A stretch of 64,000 nucleotides of DNA from Mayamaea pseudoterrestris (lineage: Eukaryota). The translations under genes and the position numbers were made by a program. Shown here piece after piece: positions 12,480 through 23,500 of this stretch; position 1 is the stretch's first letter; every line of letters begins with the position of its first letter. The DNA lies in the NCBI GenBank assembly GCA_027923505.1, contig BROI01000006.1:310001-374000 (forward strand), written 5' to 3'. The notes under the pieces were generated by a model. It was not told the DNA's origin and ran no database searches. It was given only the letters and a program-made list of their open reading frames with translations.

Positions 12480-13271
12480 CTATCCAAAGAATGTCATGGT
12501 CAAAGTCGCTAGAACCATGAATATTCCCATTCGTACAAATGTACTAGACATGGTCTCTGACAGTGCTTGCGTCGGCTCAATTTCCAATTCCTCCTTGTAC
12601 CAATCCAAGTTTGGTCGCAGAATGAAAAAGTCAACCATGACATAGGCAATCGCAATGTACGGCAGCTTTTCCACAATCTGCAAAAAGTTGACACTCCAGT
12701 CCACCATGACGGCATATGCTTCCGGTGAGTTTTCCGCTGGAACCATGGCGCTGTGCTCCGGCAGCCAACCGTGATTTGCTTGAAAGCCTGGCATGACAGA
12801 TTCCGAAATCATTGCCTTGGCGTCAAGCAGTTTGTAGCCACTCTTGCTGATCGCAGTTTGTAGTGCCACTGGTACATCCTGCGGCGCCACTGATGTTTTG
12901 CTAATTCCCATGTCTAGCAGTGACTTGGCGGAAGGAGCAATGGATTTTCCAGCTTGCAGCAAGGGATCTGGTGGACCGAACAATGGATTGGAATGGCCCT
13001 GCGCGGGCATCAAGTTTGTAGTCGAGTACATGGTATTGAGTAAGGCTTCTGCATATTGCTCATAATTCAGTTGTTGCTGTGTTTGCGACGTAGCATCAGC
13101 CATTGTAGCAGGATCAATCACTGCGTTCATCGGCCATGGCGACGACATTCGACGAAGTGTCAAACTTTGCTGTCGTCGCGACACTGAAAATGAATGCAAC
13201 TTGCCGAGAAAGCTGCAACATAATAAGCAAGAGAGACGTATCGACAGCTTATTTCTTTTCCGTGAGATCAT
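12480..13271 (-). CDS. Hypothetical protein, probably plastid-targeted, with two C-terminal TM helices
   Basis: 263-aa ORF with a signal-like N-terminus followed by S-FSV and an R/S-rich transit-like segment; hydrophobic C-terminal helices. Confidence 0.65.
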   Translation of the reverse strand: MISRKRNKLSIRLSCLLCCSFLGKLHSFSVSRRQQSLTLRRMSSPWPMNAVIDPATMADATSQTQQQLNYEQYAEALLNTMYSTTNLMPAQGHSNPLFGPPDPLLQAGKSIAPSAKSLLDMGISKTSVAPQDVPVALQTAISKSGYKLLDAKAMISESVMPGFQANHGWLPEHSAMVPAENSPEAYAVMVDWSVNFLQIVEKLPYIAIAYVMVDFFILRPNLDWYKEELEIEPTQALSETMSSTFVRMGIFMVLATLTMTFFG

Positions 13272-13747
13272 GCTTGCCGTGTTATTGTACTGTCGCGTAA
13301 AATTAAGATCGATTGCAGGTTAATTGGGGATTCTTTGGTGTGTCGCGTGTCCGCGTGTCGCTTGTCGGCAAGCAGATTGAGCGATCGAGGGAGCTAATGT
13401 CGGGACTGCTTTGTGATCAGACGTAAGCAATTCAACTTTTCCTTTACTGTAAGCGCTAGTCGACAAGCAAAAAGTAGTTCTGTTTGATAATGTCAAGAAG
13501 CAAGGTGAAGTCAAGTTGTTGATGTGCATGTCGAATGTCGAACGAGCGGCCCTCCATCTCGCGTCCGATTTTCCATCACGAGTACCGGTATGATTTTCTG
13601 CCACGTGTCATCATGACTCATTGCCTGAACCTTTACCCTTATCTCATCCCATTTCAACTCGTCCCACGCTTGCGAACCGCGCAAAAGATCCAACACGATC
13701 CTCATCATCCACGCTCTTGCAACTAATCGAGAACCCTTTTGCAAACC

Positions 13748-14965
13748 ATGGCGACTCCTCAAAACGTGCTGGACGCGCTCAACAAGCTTGAAGCAAGCGA
13801 CAAGGGTAAGCGAAATAGAGTAGGAGGGTACAAATAGGAGATGCTTGACGACGAAGCCATTGTGCAACACGAAGCGGTTGTCAATCATTAGATTCACGTC
13901 ACGAATGCTGGAGACACTTCGCTTCACTCACAGCTTCTTGTTCTTGCCTCTGCAGAAACTGTGTTAAACTACATTACCAAGTTGCAAAAGGAGATGAGTG
14001 GCGACAGCGAAGATTCACCAATGCATGAGCACGAGACGGCCATGAAGGAGGAGGCCTTTCCACCCACGCATAATGACACTGATCTTTCCAGCGACGACCC
14101 AGACAAGACCATGACCAAGAAGCAGGAAGCTGTGGAAGCTTGCGAAGCTGGAGACATGCAAAAGGCTGTCGAATGCTACACGGAAGCCATCTTGAGCTCT
14201 CCGACGAACCCATCTGCCTTGCTTTACGCGAACCGCGCCACGTTGCTGTTGAAGCTGGACCGACCACTGGCGGCGGAACGCGACTGCAACTTGGCACTCG
14301 CCGTTAATCCAGACTCGGCCAAGGCCCTTCGCGTGCGAGGAAAAGTCTACAAGGCCTTGCAAAAGTGGGAGCTGGCGCTCAAGGACTTGTCAGCGGCACA
14401 GACAATTGACTTTGACGAAGGAACGGTGGAAGATTTAAAGGTTTGCTCGGACAAGCACTTGGAGCATGAAAAGGCTGTTGCGGAGGAGCGTAACCAAAAG
14501 GAAGAGGCGCTTCGTAAGAAGGCGCGTGACATTAAGGAAGCTCAGGAGCGTGCTCGACAGGAAGCGGAGGAGGAAGCTGGTGCAGGAATGGGTGGCGCAC
14601 CAAACATGGGCGGTATGCCCGGAATGGGAGGCATGCCAGGATTGGGAGGTGCTGGCATGGGCGGTATGGAAGGCTTAATGGGAGGACTCATGCAGGATCC
14701 AGATATTGTGGCTGGCTTGCAGAATCCGAAAGTTATGGCGGCGTTTTCGTCCATGATGAGTGGTGGCATGCCGGACGCTGCAAAGATGCAAGAGCTCCTG
14801 AAGGACCCCGAGGTCGGCCCAGTCATGCAAAAAATCATGTCCAAGTTTGGAGGCGGCGGCATGGGAGGAATGGGCGGCATGGGTGGCCAAGCACCGTCAG
14901 GTGGGGGCACCGGTGACGACGATGATGACATGGAAGGTATTCCCGATTTGGAAGAGAATTATTGA
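13748..14965 (+). CDS. Hsp70-interacting protein (Hip/ST13-like): TPR, GGMP repeats, STI1 domain; intron 13806-13955
   Basis: Three TPRs (YANRA..LLKL.RP.AA.RDC..AL..NPDSAK), GGMPGMGG repeats and DP-containing STI1 motifs. Exon 1 MATPQNVLDALNKLEASDK splices via GTAAG...TGCAG. Confidence 0.9.
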
Positions 14966-15291
14966 ATGCGTCTGACTCTTATACAGTAATTGTTGCAATA
15001 AAACAAATGTTTATGAAGATATGTAATGTACACTGGTCCTACGTTCTGTTGACGCTAATTCATCTCCCTCGCTGTCTGAGTGGACGGGGGTTCATACTCG
15101 GAGTCACTGGTGCTTGGCAACCAGCTTGATCTCGACACATCCCGCTCTCCTTCTTCCAAAATTATCCCACCCCTTGTCAGCCATTTGCAATAGCCACCCC
15201 AAATGACAGTGTTAAGCGGAATGGCAGCTGCTGGGATCACAAGGTCGACGATGATCGAATATATTATCCACATGGTGACTGCATCATTGCC

Positions 15292-15915
15292 TTGACAGGC
15301 ATTGTTTCATGATGTAGAAAGTGCAATGCAGTCAGTGCTAGCCCATCTAGTCTCCAAGTTCTGCGACAGGGACTGCAGAATTTGTGCCCCTACGCTTGTC
15401 CACAGTTGTTGGCTGCCTTAACCCACTCCAACAGCCAGAGAGGTGTAAACTGATAGCTGGCAGTTGACAAGCTTTTTTTATGATGTAGAAAGTGTAATGC
15501 AGTCATTGCTAGCCCATCTAGTCTCCAAGTTCTGCAACAGGGACTGCCAGAATTTTGTGCCCCCTGGCTTTTCCACAGTAGCTGGCTGCCATAACCCACT
15601 CCAACAGCCAGAGAGGTGTAAACTGATAGCTGGCAGTTGACAAGCTTTTTTTATGATGTAGAAAGTGTAATGCAGTCATTGCTAGCCCATCTAGTCTCCA
15701 TGTTCTGCATCAGGGACTGCCAGAATTTTGTGTCCCCAGGCTTGTCCACAGTAGCTTGCTGCTATAACCCACTCCAACAGACAGAGGTGTGTAAACTGAT
15801 AGCTGGCAGTTGACAGGCAATGCTTCATGATGTAGAAAGTGCAATGCAGTCATTGCTAGCCCATCTACTAGCCTCCAAGTTCTGTGACAGGGACTGCCAG
15901 AATTTCGTGCCCCTA
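15292..15915. repeat. Tandem satellite, unit about 171-174 bp, about 3.6 copies
   Basis: TGATGTAGAAAGTG recurs at 15310, 15481, 15654 and 15828. Confidence 0.92.
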
Positions 15916-16101
15916 CCATCCCTTTGGGAATTGTCTTGAAAGTTTGAAAGGACCAATGAGGCGTGCACCTCGCTCACGCTGTAGATGGCATTTCAATAAT
16001 CTTTTTAGCTAGCGGGAAGCATTTCAAGCCGGGTGATCCGTCATCACAAATCAGCCAGTGCGCCTCAATGATTTAAATTGTTGCTTGCATTCTCCCCATT
16101 C

Positions 16102-16416
16102 ACGAACCTTTATTCCAGTGACTACAATGGACTAGGAGCGATCAACCTCTTCGTCCAGCGTAAAGCAAATAAACAAACTCAATTGCTAGAATAGTGCGTG
16201 CTACTCGCTACTCTACATACTCGTGCTCTTCTTCTCTGTTCTCACTGGTTCACAGTCGAGGTTCACGCCTCGATCATCAGCGAATTCATTCATGTATGTG
16301 AGGATTTGGTCACATGAGTGACTCAATCCAACACAGGATTCAAATGCATACAAATACAGGTAGCTAACCGTCTTGTCATAAGACGCAGGTCAACTCAACT
16401 CAATAATATTGTGTCA
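16102..16416 (-). mobile_element. LTR relic, same family as 30044-30377, truncated at its left end
   Basis: About 310 bp of clear similarity to 30061-30377, ending ...AATAATATTGTGTCA directly against the 371-bp satellite. Confidence 0.75.
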
Positions 16417-19400
16417 TTTGATGTGGTGGAACCACTTGGAGGAACCTACTTGCTATATTCACGCATAACCACTGGATGACTGGCTTCCAAATTGGAACAT
16501 CTCAACCTTTGACTTTGTCAAACATCTTATCCTGATTGCCATGGCATGCTCAGAATCATGCTAGCAAGGTTGGATCATCACACAAATCCCAACTGAAACT
16601 TTGCTGTGTTTGGCACATGAAACACCCTCCTTGTTTCAGTCTCAGTCACACCCCAGCCACTGCCAGAATAGCTGCTGTTTTCAAAGTTCCAAGCCTTGGA
16701 CCTTGTGAAGCACCTTATGCGGATTGCAGTAGCAGGTTCAGATTCGTGCTGGCCAGGTTGCATCACTATACAAATTCCATCTGAAACTTTGATGTGGTGG
16801 AACCACTTGGAGAAACCTACTTGCTATATTCATGCTTGACCACTGGCTGACTGGCTTCCAAATTGGAACATCTCAACCTTTGACTTTGTCAAACATCTTA
16901 TCCTGATTGCCATGGCATGCTCAGAATCATGCTAGCAAGGTTGGATCATCACATAAATCCCAACTGAAACTTTGCTGTGTTTGGCACATGGAGCACCCTC
17001 CTTGTTTCAGTCTCAGTCACACCACAGCCACTGCCAGAATAGCTGCTGTTTTCAAAGTTCCAAGCCTTCAACCTTGTGAAACGCCTTCTGTGGATTGCAG
17101 TAGCAGGTTCAGATTCTTGCTGGCCAGGTTGCATCATTATACAAATCCCATCTGAAACTTTGATGTGGTGGAACCACTTGGAGGAACCTACTTGCTACCG
17201 TCACTTTGAAAAGTCTTTGCAACAAATCTTGTGCGGAGGTGTTCTCAATGGCTATATTTTGCAGCAATATTCTAAATAGCCTATAACATTCTTCAATACT
17301 CTGCGGGTGTTATAGAGGTTGTCCCGTTTGAATTGACTAGATGGTCCCGCCAAACACCTCGTCGCAAGCTGAGGATCGATGAGTCGTCAAAAAGACTGGC
17401 TCGCGCGCATGGTACTTAACCCACGTGGCTTACGTGGAGCTTGTTTTCGCCTTGCGGGACCCCCACCAGACATAGGCAACCATTTCACTGCTTGAAACTA
17501 CTCATTGATACATAAGTAATTGATGAATGAACATGTCCTTGGGCAATAGAGCTATATTGAATAGGTCGTGACACGACTTTTCAAAGTGACGGTATATTCA
17601 CGCTTGACCACTGGCTGACTGGCTTCCAAATTGGAACATCTCAACATTTGACTTTGTCAAACATCTTATCCTGATTGCCATGGCATGCTCAGAATCATGC
17701 TAGCAAGGTTGGATCATCACATAAATCCCAACTGAAACTTTGCTGTGTTTGGCACATGGAACACCCTCCTTGTTTCAGTCTCAGTCACACCACAGCCACT
17801 GCCAGAATAGCTGCTGTTTTCAAAGTTCCAAGCCGTCAACCTTGTGAAACACCTTCTGCGGATTGCAGTAGCAGGTTCAGAATCTTGCTTGCCAGGTTGC
17901 ATCACTATACAAATCCCATCTGAAACTTTGATGTGGTGGAACCACTTGGAGGAACCTACTTGCTATATTCACGCTTGATCACTGGCTGACTGGCTTTCAA
18001 ATTGGAACATCTCAACATTTGACTTTGTCAAACATCTTATCCTGATTGCCATGGCATGCTCAGAATCATGCTAGCAAGGTTGGATCATCACATAAATCCC
18101 AACTGAAACTTTGCTGTGTTTGTCACATGGAGCACCCTCCTTGTTTCAGTCTCAGTCACACCACAGCCACTGCCAGAATAGCTGCTGTTTTCAAAGTTCC
18201 AAGCCATCAACCTTGTGAAACACCTTCTGCGGATTGCAGTAGCAGGTTCAGAATCTTGCTTGCCAGGTTGCATCACTATACAAATTCCATCTGCGGTGTT
18301 TGGCACATGGAACACCCTCCTTGTTTCAGTCTCAGTCACACCACAGCCACTGCCAGAATAGCTGCTGTTTTCAAAGTTCCAAGCCTTGGACCTTGTCAAG
18401 CACCTTCTGCAGATTGCAGTAGCAGGTTCAGGTTCTTGCTGGCCAGGTTGCAACACTATACAAATCCCATCTGAAACTTTGATGTGGTGGAACCACTTGG
18501 AGGAACCTACTTGCTATATTCACGCTTGACCACTGGCTGACTGGCTTCCAAATTGGAACATCTCAACATTTGACTTTGTCAAACATCTTATACTGATTGC
18601 CATGGCATGCTCAGAATCATGCTAGCAAGGTTGGATCATCACATAAATCTCAACTGAAACTTTGCTGTGTTTGGCACATGGAGCACCCTCCTTGTTTCAG
18701 TCTCAGTCACACCACAGCCACTGCCAGAATAGCTGCTGTTTTCAAAGTTTCAAGCCGTCAACCTTGTGAAACACCTTCTGCAGATTGCAGTAGCAGGTTC
18801 AGAATCTTGCTTGCCAGGTTGCATCACTATACAAATCCCATCTGAAACTTTGATGTGGTGGAACCACTTGGAGAAACCTACTTGCTATATTCATGCTTGA
18901 CCACTGGCTGACTGGCTTCCAAATTGGATCATCTCAACATTTGACTTTGTCAGACATCTTATCCTGATTGCCATGGCATGCTCAGAATCATGCTAGCAAG
19001 GTTGGATCATCACATAAATCCCAACTGAAACTTTGCTGTGTTTGGCACATGGAGCACCCTCCTTGTTTCAGTCTCAGTCACACCACAGCCACTGCCAGAA
19101 TAGCTGCTGTTTTCAAAGTTCCAAGCCATCAACCTTGTGAAGCACCTTCTGGGGATTGCAGTAGCAGGTTCAGATTCTTGCTGGCCAGGTTGCATCACTA
19201 TACAAATCCCATCTGAAACTTTGATGTGGTGGAACCACTTGTAGGAACCTACTTGCTATATTCACGCTTGACCACTGGCTGACTGGCTTCCAAATTGAAA
19301 CATCTCAACCTTTGACTTTGTCAAACATCTTATCCTGATTGCCATGGCATGCTCAGAATCATGCTAGCAAGGTTGGATCATCACATAAATCTCAACTGAA

Positions 19401-20545
19401 ACTTTGCTGTGTTGGGCACATGGAACACCCTACTTGATTCAGTTGCATTCACACTACAGCCACTGCCAGAATAGTTGCTGTTTTCAAAGTTCCAAGCCTT
19501 CAACCTTGTGAAGCACCTTCTGCAGATTGCAGTAGCAGGTTCAGATTCTTGCTGGCCAGGTTGCATCACTATACAAATCCCATCTGAATTTTTGATGTGG
19601 TGGAACCACTTGGAGAAACCTACTTGCTATATTCACGCATAACCACCGACTGACTGGCTTCAAAAGTTGGAACATCTCAACCTTTGACTTTGTCAAACAT
19701 CTTATCCTGATTGCCATGGCATGCTCAGAATCATGCTAGCAAGGTTGGATCATCACACAAATCCCATCTGAAACTTTGCAGTGTTTTGCACATGGAACAC
19801 CCTACTTGTTTCAGTCTCAGTCACACCACAGCCACTGCCAGAATAGCTGCTGTTTTCAAAGTTCCAAGCCGTCAACCTTGTGAAACACCTTCTGCGGATT
19901 GCAGTAGCAGGTTCAGAATCTTGCTTGCCAGGTTGCATCATTATACAAATCCCATCTGAAACCTTGATGTGGTGGAACCACTTGGAGAAACCTACTTGCT
20001 ATATTCACGCATAACCACTGGCTGACTGGCTTCCAAATTGGAACATCTCAACATTTGACTTTGTCAAACATCTTATCCTGATTGCCATGGCATGCTCAGA
20101 ATCATGCTAGCAAGGTTGGATCATCACATAAATCCCAACTGAAACTTTGCTGTGTTTGGCACATGGAACACCCTACTTGTTTCAGTCTCAGTCACACCCC
20201 AGCCACTGCCAGAATAGCTGCTGTTTTCAAAGTTCCAAGCCTTCAACCTTGTCAAGCACCTTCTGCGGATTGCAGTAGCAGGTTCAGGTTCATGCTGGCG
20301 AGGTTGCATCATTATACAAATCCCATCTGAATTTTTGATGTGGTGGAACCACTTGGAGAAACCTACTTGCTATATTCACGCATAACCACCGACTGACTGG
20401 CTTCAAAATTGGAACATCTCAACCTTTGACTTTGTCAAACATCTTATCCTGATTGCCATGGCTTGCTCAGAATCATGCTAGCAAGGTTGGATCATCACAT
20501 AAATCCCAACTGAAACTTTGCTGTGTTTGGCACATGGAACACCCT
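16417..20545. repeat. 371-bp tandem satellite array (9 full units plus 1 partial); each unit is a dimer of related 188- and 183-bp monomers
   Basis: Unit starts at about 16417, 16788, 17159, 17927, 18478, 18849, 19220, 19591, 19963 and 20334. Unit 3 carries a MITE (+397 bp) and unit 4 an extra monomer (+180 bp). Confidence 0.97.
17198..17592. mobile_element. 395-bp MITE, Tc1/mariner-type (TA target duplication)
   Basis: Perfect 18-bp TIR CCGTCACTTTGAAAAGTC with TA on both sides. The empty site CTTGCTATATTC is visible in the other satellite units. Confidence 0.93.
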
Positions 20546-23500
20546 TTGCAGGATGCGAACGAAAACAGCGAAAATCGGGCAAGTCACACCGAATATCCGA
20601 TAGGGTGACACAGCGGCACTCGCGGCTCACCACAGCCTCACGATCGCGTGATGCGTGGCAGCGACGGCTTCGAAGCGATTCAACGAGTATATTGCTGAAA
20701 CTAGTGCGATATAGAGTAGAAACAAGCAGACTTACTAAGCTTGAAGAGTTAAGAAAGCGATTTATTCGTCTCTCGTATTGTAGCAACTGCAAGCTTGGAT
20801 TGGCCATCCAAGGACAGCTACAAGCGAAAGGTGCAACGATTTGATTTACAAGTTACAAGATTAACAGTCTTGAGACTCATTGCCTCGGCATAGAGACTTT
20901 ATCGACGAAGAGTACTATTGATTTACGAAGTAACGTGGACGCACGTTGGTTCTTGGCCCGGAAAGTTCCGCAGGTGATAGCAAGAACATTGTCACGACGA
21001 CAACGATGGCGGAAACTCGCGCGCAGAAAGACGCGGCGTTTGCGCATGTTTACGAAGAGAACGTAGGCGTTTTCCAAGATCCTCAGTTCAAGGAGTTATT
21101 CGACGAACTCGGAGTAGAATCGCTTACGCAATTGATTGAGATGGAGTACGACGATTTCGCGACGAAGTGGAACGTCACGACGACGACAACGACGACGACT
21201 GACGATGGCGACAATGTCACGCAGGAAACGAGCGAACACTCGCTAACGAAGATGAAACAACGCACGATCACGAACGCGATCGAATGGTATTTGGCGCAAG
21301 AGTCGCCGGACATCAAGACATGGTCGCAACTGACCACCGAAACGCTGGCGACGTTCGTCACAGCACGAGCGAAGGAACGAGTCCAAGCGCGCAACATTGC
21401 GAGCGTGGGCAGCGGAAGCGGAGCGAAACCTCCAGCGAAGGAAAGCGAAACGGAATCCAAGAAGGACGAATCCAAGGACTCCACGCTAACGAACGAAGGC
21501 GACGAGTCGAAGCCCGACTCGGCCGACAAGGTGCCACCGACGAGCGTGGACGTGGACACGAAGCAGTCACCGACATCCGTACTGGACCTCGGTGACGACG
21601 AAGACGACGAGAAGTATTCAGACCAATTTACGAAGTCTATCAAGTTCTCGGCGAAGGATTGTAAAGAAATGAAGCTGGATTCCTCGTGGAAACAGTGGAT
21701 TTCCGAGTTGAAAGTCATCGCTACATTGCACGACTTCCACGAAGTCTTTGACGACGATTATGACCCGAAGGAAAAGGGACCAAAGGAACAGAAGGCGTAT
21801 GCAAAGAAGAATGTGTTTGTGTACAGGATCTTTCTCACGCACTGTCGAACTCCGTCTGCATCACTCGCAGTACAGCAGTTCAAGAAGACGATGGATGGAC
21901 GCGAAGTCTACCAACGATTGCGAACGCGATACGAAGAGGGCGCTACTGCTCACATCGAGAAGGAACGCGCGCGAACGGAACTGCAGGGAATGCGGCTGAC
22001 CGAGAAGTGGTCAAGGCCGACGATCGAATTTCTCGCACTGTTCTACAAGAAAGTCATCTGGCTGCTCGAAATGGACGCAGAAGCTCTGACAGGTTTACAA
22101 CGATACGACATGCTACGCGACGCTTTCTCTGAGCACACTGGATTCAGCGCATCACTAGCAGGTTTTGACGGAATGATTGCCATCAAGAAACACATGGGGC
22201 AACACGACTCGGAAGACAATTTCGCGCAGTTGTACGCGCACTTAGAAGAGTGCTGCATCAAGTATGACAAGAAACATCCATCGACGACGAAGACTAAGCG
22301 CACAATCAATCAAGCGCAGTCTAGTGGAACGAAAGGAGGCGGCGGCGGCAATGGCGGCGCGACTCCAAGCGGCTTATCGGCGGAACGATTTGCAGCGATC
22401 ATGAAGAAACCTCACGCGAGCGTGAAGGATGAAGTCTGGTTGGAGATGAAGTTCGATCAGCGAAAGCAGTTGAAGGACAAGCGTGCGACGGCGCCCAAGA
22501 CACCCGAAAACGGATGGCGACCGCGCAACCAACGAGGCACGGCTACGACGCAGACGCAAGTCAACGCGGCGCATCAAGAGCGTCACGCGACGGAATCTGT
22601 AGCGAACGATCACGCAAGCGTTCCTGGCACGATTAATATTCAGCCAGGCAATAGTGGAATGTCAGTCCAAACGGCTGCACGATCGGTTCTGCAAGCGAAC
22701 AATGCGAGTACTACAACTCAGCAAGTGACAGGATCGTTGACGACTGATAACACCGGACGAGGTACATTCAGCTTCAACATGCATCGTCGTATGCGCGTCA
22801 ATCGCGCACACTACGAGCGGATCAACGAAGGCGCGCTCATCGACAGCGGCGCGAACGGAGGCTTATGCGGAGGAGACATGCTCGTCGTTTCGGAAACGAA
22901 CGCCGAGGTGGATGTGACTGGTATTGACGATCATATTGTCCCAGCTCTCAAGATTGGCACTGCAGCTGGACTGGCAAAGACCCTTAGTGGCGAAACCATT
23001 CTGCTTTTGTGTCACCAGTATGCTTTAAAGCGAGACGGACCGACGATTCATTGCCCGAATCAATTGCGCGCAATGGGACATCGCGTCGACGATATTCCGA
23101 CCATGTTTGGCGGAACGCAACGAATTACGACGAACATTGGAGGCTACGTTTTGCCATTGGCAATTCGCGATGGCCTGGTGTACTTGGACGTGACGAAACC
23201 CACGTTCGATGATTTGGATAAGTATCCGACTGTCATCATGACGTCGGACGTGCCGTGGGACCCGACTGTTTACGATGTCGAGCACGCGCACGACGATTTC
23301 GACGAACGAGATCACGATTATGGATCTTTCGACGAACGATTCGATGATGACGGTATCACGCACCGCAATCGTCACACGCCGACACGCACTGGCGACGAAC
23401 TTGACGTACTGATCAATCGGTGCGTGCGACACGCTCAGTTTTCACGCGTTAATTTGCGGAAGCTAAGAAGCAAGGAACCGGACTATAATGCTCTTCGGCC

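Noticed and set aside
16417..20545. CRISPR array or a tandem family of 82-aa/62-aa peptides
   Set aside because: Whole units repeat with no unique spacers and there are no cas genes. The ORFs mostly lack ATG starts (TTG/GTG), occur on both strands and are interrupted in some units.
20478..20844. ORFs of about 105 aa, repeated at 26763-27114 and 43063-43362
   Set aside because: They are frames running through LTR copies, with no coding features.
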